Assembly (NCBI GenBank): GCA_002633005.1
Contig: NMRA01000755.1
Coordinates: 102,608 to 166,607 of the forward strand
From: Phoronis australis
Taxonomy: Eukaryota; Animalia; Phoronida
DNA length: 64,000 nucleotides
Direction of reading: 5' to 3'
The translations under genes were made by a program, and so were the position numbers. Within the stretch, counting starts at the first letter, position 1. Each line of letters starts with the position of its first letter. Of this stretch, positions 1 to 18,314 are shown in pieces. The notes beneath the pieces are model-generated. The model was not told where the DNA came from. It saw only the letters and a program-made list of their open reading frames with translations, and ran no database searches.

Positions 1-717
1 AAGAACACTCATCTGTTTTTAGGTTCATTTGACTAGAGAATGGAAACATGTTGACTTACTATTTTTCTCAACCTGCGATTGTCATTGGCATAGTGCAATC
101 AGGAGTTACTTTTTCTAGGAATAATGGTAGTGGGCGAGGCAATTAAATCCATGAGTCAGTTTTAAATCTTCAGTAGGAGGCAGGTGACTCAACAACAACA
201 ACAGGAGAAGTGTTTCTGTGAGTTTCCTGTAACGTGGGCGACGCAGCACTGAAATAAGTGGCTATAGCCCTCCCCCCCTTAGTTAGGTAATGATCATGAC
301 TCAGAAAATGTCAACATAAATTTATTGAGCTTTCATAGGGCTCAAATGTTTTGTTTATTCATAACTTTATAATTTCTCTGTCCTGATACAAAACTTGTGG
401 TGTTAAAGAGTGATGATTACATTTAGTTTTTAACTTCCACTTTGGTTTGTTTTCATCTGTTAGTTATCTGTTCTGGTCAGCGTTGATGCAGTACTTTATT
501 ACATAGTTGTTCCTAATTTTGCAACGAAAAAGTCACCCTCGTGCCAGCTCAAAAAGGTCAAGATTTTTTTTATTGAGCGCCACATCTAAGTGCTGGTTTG
601 AAAATGAGTCCAGCACAAACCAGAACCAGGTACGGTTATTTTTGTCCAAATCATTTTTTGTAAACAATACATTTGTTAATATTTTTAAAGCTTTCATTGT
701 GTGTTTTGTCATTGCAG

Positions 718-3700
718 CTGTTTAAGAAGACACCGGCACAAATTTTGCAGATGGACGTTGGTAACATGCAAGTATGTTGACTTGAAATAATAACATCATT
801 AGTTTATTACAGTATTGAGCATATTCAAAGTAGTATTACACACTTCATTTTTGTTTTATTATTTCTTGACTATGCCTCACGTTAAATTTACTGCAATTAG
901 CCTTGTAGCAACGCCCTCTACTGACAGAAACTTTCAAAGGGGCTATAAAACAGAATACACTTTCATTCGACAAAGTAATATACTTATCACTTGTTCCACT
1001 TACTTGTTGGTTTGTCGTGTTCTGTCCTTGGATTGGAAGTTATTTCTGGGCTTAAAAGAATGTATGGACCATTGTTGTCAGATCACAGACCAGGAACTGA
1101 GCAGCTGGGTCAAGCCTGGTTGTTGAGCCTGGACTTGATGAGGAATGACAAAATTCGATGAAGATTTGATGCACAAAATTGTGACAAAATTACCATTTCT
1201 TTTTGACTGGAACTCATTTCAATACTGGCAAAATATTGACAAAGTCTTGATGTAGGTGTGGCCCCACACGTTGTCAAAATTGCGACAAGTTACCTTGCCA
1301 CTCCACTCGCAATGAAATGATTAGCGGCTATGTGCAGGTACTGTTTCATTACATTTTGTCCAATATGTAATTGCCACAAAATTTCGACTTAATTACCAAA
1401 TAATTCTAGTGAGATGTCCGTTGAAGCTTGGCGGAGTCTGACAGAGTTCTTATGAAGTCTATCCAGTTTATTTTGAAAACCACAGACTATACTTGTTTTG
1501 AGCCATTGGTATTGATGCATTGCACAATTGAAAAAAGCTCTGACATATGGGACACTCAACTATCATATGAGAGAATACAATGTACCATGGGAGAGGTGTC
1601 GTTTTGTCCTGTGAAAAATGGGTTTTGAATACTAATTGCAGCTAATTGAAATTATATTTTGGTAAATTCTAATAGAATAATTACAAAATTAACTATTGAA
1701 CCTACTTTCAACTGAAGTGGGCCAAATTTTGTTTAGACTTTTGAGAAGTCTTTACTTTTGATAAGAATGTGTTTACTGTAATTTGTTGTTAGTAGTTGTT
1801 ATTTTTGTTGTTGTCATTTTAAGATAGCTGAACTAAAGACTTGCTATTTGCTTGACAGTCATTTGATGTAAGTGGCCTTCAGTTGGCCCTCGTGGAGCGA
1901 CACTCTGAGATGCCAGCTGAGAGCAAAACCAGTATACCATGCGTTGTACCAGACGAAGACCAAAGACCATACACGTAAATACTGTCAGAAGTCAACGTTA
2001 TCATTTCCATCTTGGTTTATACTTAGGAGTCCCACTTGTCAAATAGTGCTCACTGAATTTCACATGGCTGTTTCACTGCCAACATTTTTAGAAGTGCAGT
2101 GGCCAATTCAATTTTGAGGAAACTTTGAAAATAGAGTTCAATTAGTAAAAATGCTTTAAGATTGTTTTTGTTGGTGGATTATAGTGAGACTTTCAGTGTA
2201 AGATAAACATTCACTAGGTCATTGATATTTTTGATAGATGAAGTCATGTTAAGGCAGTTGTATAGCAGGTAAAATATTCAAAATTTCAAGTGAAAGAAAC
2301 ATGTATGTATGGTCAGTGATGGGTTTGGTTGAGAATACATCAACCGCTTTGGTGTATACCTCATGTGGCATTTCAAACTTTAATGAATCAATCATTTTGA
2401 GCTTTGAGTCAATTCAACATGTCATTAGCCAATCTTGGGTCCACTGCATCAATCACAGAAGTTGAGTAGTGTACAGTTTCTTTCCGAATATGATAAAACT
2501 GTCTTCCTGATGTCTGATTATGTCATTAAACTGTTAAGTTATCTCCCATGAAACTAAGTAAAGAATAGGCAAGTAACCAACTTGTTTGGCAGTGACAAAG
2601 TTAATAACCTAATCAACATTGAATTTTGGACAGTTGAGATAATCTGAGTGAACTTTGATGTTCAGTTGAGGCAACATTAGACAAAAGTCCCAATTTTTGT
2701 GCTGTTAATGTTAACAGTCATTTATTTAAGCTTCTATAATCTTGCATTGCATTATGAAAACAACTTTTGATTTAGACCACTTCCATTATGAAATTGGTCT
2801 CAAATTGTTCGTTTGTCAAATTGGAGGCGATTCCAAGGGTTCCGAAGAACTGACATTTCGTCATTGCTTGAGACCAAGCTCTACAAGTTGGCTTGTCTTT
2901 GTGTGTCATTTTATGTGCGGAACATGGTCTCAAACAATGTTCTTTGCAAACCAAAGAATCACTTTTCACCCGAGTAAGAAATAAGGTGAGACCACTTTTA
3001 TAAAGGATAAGTGGTCTAATTAATGAAAAGTTTGCTTCTTGTAATGGACACGGACATGTAGTCACGTTCAGTTACAAAACATGAAAATGCGAAGTAACAG
3101 CATAAAACTAATATGTACATGAACTTAATAGTGTATTTGGTGCATCACTTAACAATGACATGATGCAAGGCGCCTGTGATGAAAATTGTGGTTTTGTGGA
3201 TTGAAAATAGCAAGTTTGCTTCCACATTTCAACGTTTCACCATCCAATCACGTCATTGGCAGCCGCGCTAGTCTACACACCCGTAGGTCTTAAGCTTGCT
3301 CGCGAAACACTCGCCAATCATTTGTGTGGTTTTGCTTGAACTCGCCAAACTTTAATTTCCAAATTGCATTTGGATTTCAGGAATCTATTCTAATATGAAC
3401 GCCCAAGATATTTCATCTAAACCTACTCTGAAATATTTGGCCTGGTTATTATTACTTAACAAAATTTGACCTTATAAATAATGAAAGGAATCTATTGAAA
3501 TTTACACACAAATTATTCACTCTTCTCAGATTTCGTCAAAGTTTTAAAACGTATATGGAGGCTGACGTATAAACAGAATGTTGTAAAATACATGTTTCCC
3601 GCCATAATTTTGACAACAATTCTGTCTGCATTGCCTCTCCACGAAATTGTGGAATGTCTGCAATCATCTGAAGGTTTAGAGTACATTTCTCTCTCTGGAG

Positions 3701-6700
3701 ACTGAATCAAATCTGTTCCAGTTGTTGGAACACAGTGAGTTCTCAAAATAGTGTGTAACATTTCAATTAAAGTTTTTACAATACTTGTCATCTATTGAAG
3801 TTATATTGTATTGAATGCAGATTTGATCACTACAACAAGCCAGGCTGTATCAACCCTGATGTACAAAGGCAAACTACAGAGGCACTGCTGACAGGGACAG
3901 CGCCACCTGTTGAGTTTTGTATGAAGCCAGAATTCATCCGACTAGCGCCACCACTTCACATAGCAGAGGATGAGGTATAATGCATAGTATGACAATGTTT
4001 TGTTCGCACTGAGGTATAGTTCGATAGCAGCCCTTCATTGACACGAACTTCATTGAAGATACGACAGTACTTTTTGTTTGACAGCTCAATACAGACTTGA
4101 TCATAATGTCTAAACAATCTTATTTCTTCAGACATGCAGCTACGTAGCAAAATACGGAGAGACATAACAGACGAACAAATTAAAATACTGGCTATATTTT
4201 GTCTCATCATAGCTGCACGCCTGACGAAAGTAGATTGTTTAAACTCTACGAGCGATTCTGTATTAGGCTGTCAAACAAAAAGTGCAGTCATGTCTTCAAT
4301 GAAATTTTCACTGAGGCTGAACATTTGTGTGATATTCAGATCAGAGTTATGTGTTCAGTAAAAAGAAATTGTACCTTGTGGTGTTTTTGGGTTAATTTGA
4401 CTCGTGTTATCTACTGTGAAAGGTGTTTTGAACCTTTTTATTAAAAACGAAATGATTGTGTCAATTCTTCAAACAAGAGATGAGAAGCTGTAAGCAAGCT
4501 ACATAATGCAAGTACCGTTACAGTAATGCCTGACCAGCTGAAGGTGCTCTCCGTCAGTTCATAAAACTTACTTTTATTTATTACATGACCTCTGATGCTC
4601 CTTACCGTTGATTTCTCCAAAACTTAGATTGGCGTGTTTTTCCTGCTTGCATATACTGCCATGGTCTGCTTGTTAATGTTATTGATTTGTTGTGGAGTTT
4701 ATGATTTCTGCAGCCTATAATTGGTTAGTTCGTTCATGAATAGCGACAGTTGTCGTCAGTGCTGCTCGAAAAGTGATATTACACGGGTTTTGTGGGCAAC
4801 ATCATCCCATCAAGCTGTTTTTATGCCAATCAGTGCACAGAAGTATTCAGTAGTCATATTATAATACATTGCATGGTATGACATCAAACCAGTATAGTTA
4901 ATTACATGGCTGCTGATACTTCTGTCCTCTGATTGGCTGGAACGCAGTATAACAACTACCAGTATAGCGTAATGTTGACCAACTCAGTTTGAAATATTAC
5001 TTGTCATTCATGCTGACTTGACATCAGACGTCAATATTAGTGATCTGACCAATCAGACGCTATGGAAAGTTGAACCCTGACCAATCAGACGCTATGGAAA
5101 GTTGAACCCTGACCACGAAGTGAGCTGATGTTGTCACTATATCAAAGTGGGTAAACACGAGCTAATCTGTTAAGAGATGAAACAAGAGGAAAGAAACAGT
5201 GGTTGTGTACAAGACAGATCCCTCGGGCGTATCAGACTGTACGGCTCTAAGGAGAACAGCATTGCTCTCCGCCTTTGGCCACAGGCACTATTACTCTGCC
5301 TCGGTGTGTATGACCTGATATCACCCTCGGTACTGTCCAATTTCTATTACCTGCTGGATGCATAGCTATCAAGATCTTTTTTCACTTCTCGTGTCCAGAT
5401 GGTGTGGATGACTCCACTGGAGCCTGAACACATGCCAGACATAGCCTGGGATGCCACTATGTGTGTAACAAACTCTGCAGCCTCTGAAGTGCGCCGGCTC
5501 ATGGTGAAGGCGTTTAAGGGACCCCTAGTACTGCAGCAGCAACAACAGTTACTGGGAGAGCTAGAGAAGGACCCCAAGCTGGTGTACCACATAGGGCTGA
5601 CACCTGCAAAGGTAGGCCTTCTTAGTGGCACTTTGTTCCGTAATCATGGTACATGACTGAATATCAAGGAATGCAATGAATTCATTGAGTGTACTAAGTT
5701 TTGCTTTATACTCGGTATAGTTTTAAAAATTGTTTTTTCTTTCAATTGCCTAAGGGTAGTTCATAACTTGTTCAAAAACATACAAAGTTCTGTTTTTGCA
5801 GACTCCTCGCTTTTCTATTATAATGGTGAGTGTTTCCTAATTGTTAATTTCCTCTCATAGTGGATATTCAACCATCATTATCAAAAAGCTTTGTTAACTA
5901 CCTCCGTTGGTAGTAGTTGTCAATGACCCTGAAAATGCTTTAATGAAATGTTTAATCTGGTAAAATGTCCGTAAGTTCACAGAGTCTGTTTATTTCAGTT
6001 ACAACAAACATTTCCAATCATTTGCAGAACATTGTATGCATTAGATCACAAAGAACTAATTGAGTTTAGAACTTTGGCTACCTTGCTCAATATACTGATA
6101 TGTGGATATTATTTTCCTATTTTATTGAAATGCCTTAAATTCATTGAAATTGGCCATTGTGTATTGTACAGTTGAGACTTTTGAAATATGCAGCACTCAT
6201 ATTTTAGTGGTTTACTCTTCTTTGGTCCGTTTAATTATCATGCTATGCCAAACAATGTTCAGGTCTGAGTGTGATAATTTAATCATAGGTTGTACTCTGC
6301 TTATGAAGTCAAGTAATGTGAATGACTGCATTTTGCACTTACTGTGGACATTGGTCATTTTTGGAACTTTTGGTCTTGTTATTCTCAAAACTCTGCTATA
6401 CTTTTATTTTATAAGCATTCAAATGTTTAATTCAACTGGGGACTTATTTCTAAATTATTGTTCATAGGTTATGTCTACTCTTAAGCAAGTAAAATAATTT
6501 CTTTTCCTTCCAGCTGCCTGATTTAGTTGAAAACAATCCTCTTGTGGCCATAGAAGTTCTTCTAAAGCTCATGCCTTCTAACCAAATTACAGAGTGAGTA
6601 TAATTCTCCTCAGTAGTTTCCAAAAAAGTTGATTTTTAAATTTGTCGAAATTCATCTGGCTTTGTCAGAGTTAAGAGGAAAATCAAGAACGAAAACTGAC

Positions 6701-9700
6701 AAATTTGCCAGTCTGAGAGATTTTTGCTTTGAAAGTTCCCATGTTTTCTACAATAGCGAATTTCACCAACTTTTTTGAAAAGTAAAACTGTTTAATGTCC
6801 TTTTATTTAGAATTCTAATAACTTATAATTTAGTAACTAATGCAGAACTTGTAGCAAGTTTTAGTACAGAGAGACAAGACCTGATAACATTCAGTAGACA
6901 TCCTGCAGTGACCGAAAGACACCAGTCTCAGTTGCCGTAGCGACAGTAACAAATGTGTTGCCATAAAATGGTTGCCTCAGGTTTACCACTAGCCTAACTA
7001 TGACTCACTAAACTGAAGGGGGAAAGTGGTGTTTGTGCCATGAAATCCACCTTCACAATAATAAATGTTCAACCACACCATCATGGTAATTTACAAAAGA
7101 GCAGTTCTTTGTTCTCCCATAAAGTCGTACACATGTGCTTGGCTGTAATTGTTTTCATTATCTTTCCACTGCGTATGATTGAATAATAGTAAATGTAAAT
7201 GATTGGAAGATTTGGCTGAGAATGAAATTCCAGGCTTCAGGACTTGCGTCCAAGTAGAATTCCTTGCTTATGCTGCATTTAAGTAATAGTCGTAGGCGTC
7301 AGATTAACTGTTTGACAAACTAACATTTTATTCTCAGTGTATGTGCTGAGAAGATAATGTACCTCTAGTATCTATGTTCAGTACTATACTTTTGTTGTCT
7401 TACATTGCAGATATTTCTCTGTGCTTGTAAACATGGAAATGTCGTTACACTCTATGGAAGTCGTCAACAGGCTAACAACTGTAAGTGTATGGTTGCCACT
7501 GAACATAGAGTAAATAGGTTCCCCAGGGAGGGACTGATTGATAACTAATTACATGTCCATCAGTTTTCCAGAATTCACTTATTTATACTTGACAGAAATT
7601 TTAAATGAGCAGTCTATCAAAGTTCAGAGGTATTTTAATTGAATTTCGAAGGTGACAAATTAGTTATCACTATATGGGGCAGAGTTAGTATATTTTGTGG
7701 AGTGCTTGGTCCTGTGCTATTTCCATTGATTAAAGCATCTCAACTCAGAAAATGTAAACTTCGGTCAACTCCTTTTGCAATTCCTTCATAATGAGACTAC
7801 AGTTGAAAGTAGTAAAACTTTCCTTGAACATATTATTGTTGTTTTAGATGGCTTGGATTATCCAAAAAGTCCTAGCAATGATTTTAGTAACGCGCTCAAA
7901 CGCAAGCACATCAAATAGTCGTGACGTAGCCCTTTCTTGACGAATTGTGTCACCACAAGAAAACAGCTGCAAAACAACAGCTCATAGCAGCAGAAGTAGT
8001 TATGAATATCTGTCAATAATCGCTGTAGAAATATGTATCTGGAAAATCGGCTGGGGGATTATTTTGCTATGACTGTATTTTTCTTGCACATTAAAATTTG
8101 ACTTAGAAAACACAGTCACATGACAGTAATCACATGACGGTAGTCACATGACAGTAGTCACATGACAGTAGTCACATGACAGTAATCACATGACAGTAAT
8201 ACGAAATAATAAGGAGCGTATTTACAGAATCCTCCATCTTTTTCCTCTCAGAAAATATGTACTTTATTGGTTGACAAAGCATAGTTTTTTGATATTTGAC
8301 TTAGAGTTGAGGTTGTTAGATAACGTTGATACTCACTGCTAAAAGGTTAATTTTGCTGGTTCTTGCATGAACGCATGTGGAACTCAATTCTAACATGGAC
8401 ACACAACTCTTTCCTCACCCTCGGAAAACTTACCACTCTCCACAAAACACTAATTGCACGCTTTAAAACTCTTGCCATTGACAAAGCATTTTTTACCATC
8501 ATGATGGAAGCTGATCTGCAACCACATGCAACATGCAACTGGCCTACAACAAGAAGCCTCATGATTACTGAACATTATGGAATGGGTTTTATCCAGTGAG
8601 CTCAGTCATGCTTCATATGAGCTTATTATTAACAACTGGTTGTTAATGGTGATTAGTCCATTTACTTGCTGGAGCTTTCCTGAAGTTTGTAGTTGTTGTT
8701 AGGATAAATAACAGAACTGAGGGGGGGGGGGTTGTATAACAGTTCTGTGTTAAATGAGAATCCCTGTGTCACACTTTTGAACATTGCTTAACAATGCGCA
8801 TTACTGAACAAGGCTTTTGGCATTATTAGATAGTCAACCTTAGTAGTTAACAATTGTATGCAACCCAGAACTGGAGAACTACTAGGTTTTTATGGGTAAA
8901 ATAAAAAGTTGAATGGCATTTCTAAAATAAAAAATTCAAGAAAAAACAAAATTTTAAGCTTTGTTTATTCCACAATTTTCTTCTCTCCAGGCCGTAGAAC
9001 TTCCATCAGAGTTCATTCATCTTTATATCTCCAACTGTATCTCAACATGTGAAACCATCAAAGACCGCTACATGCAGAACAGATTAGTGCGGCTGGTCTG
9101 TGTCTTTCTACAGTCTCTCATCAGGAACAAGATCATCGACGTCAAGGTCAGTTGTAGTCTTGCTTCATCTTCTGTCTAGCATAAGAATGAAAATAATTAC
9201 GAAGTTACGGAATGCTGTGCAATATAAGCCACCTCCGTTTGTGCTACTCCCAAAGAGTATCTGATTCCATGAGGCCTGTTGTACACACACATGCATCAAT
9301 TNTGTTGTCTTACATTGCAGATATTTCTCTGTGCTTGTAAACATGGAAATGTCGTTACACTCTATGGAAGTTGTCAACAGGCTAACAACTGTAAGTGTAT
9401 GGTTGCTACTGAATATGATGCACCTGATATAGTGAATAGGTTCACAAGGGAGGGACTGATTGATAACTAATTACATTTCCATTAGTTTTCCAGAATTCAC
9501 TTAAAATACTTGACAGAAATTTTAGGCGAGCAGTCTATCAAATTTCAGAGGTATTTTAATTGAATTTCGAAGGTGACAAGTTAGTTATCACTTAATGGGG
9601 CAGAGTTGGTATATTTTGTGTAGTGCTTGGTCCTGTGCTATTTCCATTGATCAAAGCATCTCAACTCAGGAAATGTAAACTTCGGTCAACTCCCTTTGCA

Positions 9701-12346
9701 ATTCCTTCATAATGAGACTACAGTTGAAAGTAGTAAAACTTTCCTTGAACATATTATTGTTGTTTTAGATGGCTTGGACTATCCAAAAAGTCCTAGCAGT
9801 GATTTTAGTAATGCGCTCAAACGCAAGCACATCAAATGATTCGTGAAGTAGCCCTTTCTTGCCGAATTGTTTCACCGCAAGAAAGCAGCTGCAAAACAAC
9901 AGCTCATAGCAGCAGAAGTAGTTATGAATATTTGTCAATAACCACTGTAGAAATATGCATCTGGAAAATCGGCTGGGGGATTATTTTGCTATGAATGTAT
10001 TTTTCTTACACATTAAAATTTGACTTAGAAAACGCAGTCACATGACAGTAGTCACATGACAGTAGTCTTATGACAGTAGTCACATGACAGTAATATGCAG
10101 TAATAAGGAGCATATTAATAGAATCCTCCATCTTTCTCCTTTCAGAAAATATGTACTTTTATTGGTTGACAAAGCATAGTTTTTTGATATTTGACTTAGA
10201 CTTTGATACTCACTGCTAAAAGGTTAATTTTGCTGGTGTTAGCATGAAAGCCTGTGGAACCCAATTCTAACATGGACACAGAACTCTTTCCGCACCCTCG
10301 GAACACTTAGTCTCTCCACAAAACACTAATCGCGAGCTGGAAGACTCTTGCATTGACAAAGCATTTTTACCATCATGGAAGCTGACCTGCAACCACATAC
10401 AACATGCAACTGGCCTACAGCAAGAAGCCATCGTGTTTACTGAACATTTGTTTAAATGGGTTTTATCAAGTGAGCTCACAGTAGAGCTTCAAATGAGTTT
10501 ATTATAACAACTGGTTGTTAATGGTGATGAGTCCATTTACTTGCTGGAGTTTTCCTGAAGTTTGTAGTTGTCAGTGTTAGGATAAATAACAGAACTGGGG
10601 GGGGGTTGTATAAAAGTTCTGTCAAGAATCCCTGTGTCACACTTTTGAACATTGCTTAGTAATGCGCATTACTGAACAAGGCTTTTGGCATTATTAGATA
10701 GTCAACCTTAGTAGTTAACAATTGTATGCAACCCAGAACTGGAGAACTACTAGGTTTTTATGGGTAAAATAAAAAGTTGAATGGCATTTCTAAAATAAAA
10801 AATTCAAGAAAAAACAAAATTTTAAGCTTTGTTTATTCCACAATTTTCTTCTCTCCAGGCCGTAGAACTTCCATCAGAGTTCATTCATCTTTATATCTCC
10901 AACTGTATCTCAACATGTGAAACCATCAAAGACCGCTACATGCAGAACAGATTAGTGCGGCTGGTCTGTGTCTTTCTACAGTCTCTCATCAGGAACAAGA
11001 TCATCGACGTCAAGGTCAGTTGTAGTCTTGCTTCATCTTCTGTCTAGCATAAGAATGAAAATAATTACGAAGTTACGGAATGCTGTGCAATATAAGCCAC
11101 CTCCGTTTGTGCTACTCCCAAAGAGTATCTGATTCCATGAGGCCTGTTGTACACACACATGCATCAATTAATTTAAATATGGTGCCATCATGCTAAAACA
11201 AATTCAAGAAATGGATAACAAATTTCGAAAATTCATCTTACTTTCAAAATTTCCGACCAGTAACTTCAGTTGAGGATGGACGGAAAGTACTGACAAATTA
11301 CAAGCCAAATTCCGCGCACTTGTGAAACCGGCTTCAGCGAATGCCACAAATTTCCTAGATGCTTAAATCTGGGTTAGTTCATGATTGAGTGCGACACCTC
11401 TAACAACATGGTTTTCCCAGGTGTATGAACAAGTTCAGTTTATTTCACATTACCGAACAGTACAAATCCTGGTCATAGTTAATGTGGACTTTCTTAACAT
11501 CCATTTTTGTAAAGAGAAATTTGACATCTTCAAGTCGTTCATCATATCGTTTGTAAACAATTATGCCAAACATCATAATTGTAGTTCCATCCAACTGATA
11601 GTTAGTTGTGTGGTTATTAAGTTATAAAAATACAGTGGAGGCTACTTAATATCATACCACATCTCTGATACTGTTACGTAATGAAATGCCATAAAAACGA
11701 AGCATTTCCCTTCAACCTATAATTATAACACTTCTCGCATAATGCCAGGATTTGTTTTCATATTTCCCGGTATCGTCATTAAGTCAACAAAATCGATTCT
11801 CTCCCTCTTATTAGCATATGAACCTTAGGTTTTCTTTCTAAAAACCAGGCCCTTGGATTACATTCAATTCACTTTATCGGGAAACAGCAGAGGGGATAAA
11901 ATTTTAGTCGTTTCTTGTTTTAGCCATCTTATTGTGAATAGTCCATTGCTCCGATACTCCTCACTTAGCATGATTGAATACAAGAGTGGTTATGATTGCC
12001 GCCAAGTCAGAACTGGGTTAATGGAATATCCCACTTATTTTCATTATCGATGTCGAAACCGAGGATGACTTTAAGCGGGACCTCTTTGTTGCTGGTAAAT
12101 GCCACTACATTTTTCTTCCAGGTTGATTGCAGATTACAATCTTGCAATGGTTTTTGTAGCACGGCGCGTAGATCTTGTGATCATGATGTTTACTCTATAA
12201 CATTGGGTCAACTTTTGTTTCAGGATATATTCATTGAAGTGCAAGCGTTCTGTATAGAGTTCAGCAGAATTCGAGAAGCAGCAGGACTATTTAGGTTGCT
12301 TAAGACACTGGACAATGGAGACCCGACCCCACAGGGCTCCAAGTGA
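718..12346 (+). CDS. CNOT11: CCR4-NOT transcription complex subunit 11 (C2orf29 homolog), 3' portion; upstream exons lie outside the window
   Basis: Phase-consistent GT-AG exons: 718-771 ([18 protein letters not shown]), 1859-1974 ([17 protein letters not shown]...), 3821-3974 (...[16 protein letters not shown]), 5399-5611 (...[21 protein letters not shown]), 6514-6593 ([20 protein letters not shown]), 7411-7480 ([23 protein letters not shown]), 8991-9146 ([21 protein letters not shown]...[19 protein letters not shown]) and 12224-12346 ([33 protein letters not shown]). This closely matches the conserved CNOT11 C-terminal domain as I recall it. Confidence 0.97.
4045..4310. mobile_element. Fold-back/MITE-like inverted repeat in a CNOT11 intron
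   Basis: ttcattgaagatacgacagtactttttgtttgacagctcaatacaga (~4050-4096) is the imperfect reverse complement of ~4257-4303. Inner arms aaacaatcttatttcttcagacatgcagcta and tagctgcacgcctgacgaaagtagattgttt also pair. Confidence 0.7.
5045..5114 (+). repeat. 32-bp tandem duplication
   Basis: ctgaccaatcagacgctatggaaagttgaacc twice, plus a partial third copy. Confidence 0.9.
7393..11169 (+). repeat. ~1.9-kb direct duplication around N at 9302 (7393-9301 vs 9303-11169) repeating two CNOT11 exons (copies at 9321-9390 and 10859-11014); probable haplotype assembly artefact
   Basis: The copies abut a single N. Exon copies are identical except one synonymous GTC/GTT. Introns differ by SNPs and indels. Confidence 0.9.
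8114..8197 (+). repeat. 14-bp minisatellite (agtcacatgacagt)x6; 4 copies in the duplicate at 10036-10091
   Basis: Units read directly from the sequence. Confidence 0.9.
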
Positions 12347-13079
12347 TCCTGAGTATTGTAACATGAAGATTTGGCAAGAATCAGATGGCGAACAACTGCA
12401 TACTTATTGTAGTTCTCTCGACAACTAATCTACAGATGCCTTTGGGCAGAGTTCAAATTTGGTTGAGAAAGTCAAGCACCCACAATCCTCATGGCACTGG
12501 AAACTGCCACCTTTGGGTGAAGTGGAGGATCAGCAGGAAGTAAAATGAAATGTTGTCAAGACGATGAAGACATGCTTTCTGTTTCCTGGAAGTGGAGGAC
12601 ATCTTGAAGAACTTCGCCAACCATGTGCTCCCTATGGACACACAAATAACGAGGACTTTGCGGCCATCACAATAAAATTGCATCATTGTCATTGAAATCT
12701 GTTCCTATTTGAATCCATAACATTTTGAATTATCGTAATAACGTAGTATTTTGTAACTGCGTTAGTCTCACAAGAATGGAAGTTGAAATTTATTTTATAC
12801 TCAGAGACATATAACAAAAATGTTGTTGAGTGTCTGAAGCACTCTGGTGCTTTTACAGCAACTACTGAAGTTCAAAATGTCAACAATAGGTGTCACCCTT
12901 TTGTGTGGTTCATGACATACTGTAAGTAATGTAGGTTGCCTGTCATAACACTGTCAGTAATGGCAGAGAAAGTGAATCCATACAACTGTTCTTCATAAAC
13001 ATTTCATTTAATTTAAACAACATCAAGGATGACATAAGGCTTGCAATCAGGATATTTCAATGACATCTTTTATCAGTAA

Positions 13080-13176
13080 GTCACTTACAGGAGTCCCATA
13101 ATTTGAGAACCAGTTTTCTCCCCTGAATAATGGGCACCAAACTGGTTCTCAAAATGTGGCACCCCTGCTAAGTGAC
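13080..13176. repeat. Short palindromic (hairpin) repeat between the CNOT11 and UFM1 3' ends
   Basis: Arms gtcacttacaggagtcccataatttgagaaccagttt and aaactggttctcaaaatgtggcacccctgctaagtgac. The core ttgagaaccagtt..ctgaataatgggc..aactggttctcaa recurs at 35642-35703 and ~38845-38905. Confidence 0.75.
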
Positions 13177-13552
13177 TGTTGCCCTTTTGTTAATTACAAT
13201 GCTCGACAGTTCCGCTCAGTTTCACAAGCTCATACAATGATCTAAATTCGCTAAAAATGTTAACTTTGTCATTTACAGTAAGTTATTCATGCCTTAAAAA
13301 CACATTGAAATAAAATAACTGTTAATAACAAAGAGATAACACGTGATATTTTTCATGAAACTCTAAAAACTCTCCCATTGGCTGTTACATCCAACTCCAG
13401 GCATGGTGCGTGCACTAAACTCAACAAGTCAGCTGCTAACTCTGAAGATTTCCATTCAAGTCGAGACGTTTAATGTTGCATTCCAAACTGCTTGTGAATA
13501 AGATGTACATATATATATATTTATATAAATACTATACAGTCCTAAGAGTGTC

Positions 13553-18033
<4,481 letters not shown>

Positions 18034-18314
18034 CTTGTTGCCGGAAGTGAAGGAAAGGAAGTGGATTTGAATACTCCCACTAAAAGCTCCATTCGATCTA
18101 ATGGTCTTTTACACTGTACGGTCTCCAGTTCCACTATTTACACTTTTTTCTTTTCCTCTAGCTGCTAAATTGCACCAAGAAAATGTAAATATTTTTACTA
18201 CAAACCATTTACGTTATGCGCACCTGTATGTTCTCAGCGGCAATTTAGGACATTCGACCATGAATGTAAACAAACGGTTATCAAAGGCAGTGGGGCCTAT
18301 CTCTGCAATACATC
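18034..18314. promoter_or_regulatory. Probable bidirectional promoter between UFM1 and the secreted-protein gene, with ETS-type sites
   Basis: Divergent start codons are 281 bp apart. CCGGAAGTG at 18041-18049 and GGAAGTG at ~18057-18063 form a pyrimidine tract on the UFM1 sense strand. Confidence 0.6.

Noticed and set aside
5045-8197. Short direct repeats as a CRISPR-like array
   Set aside because: The units are contiguous with no unique spacers, there are no cas genes, and the context is a eukaryotic intron.
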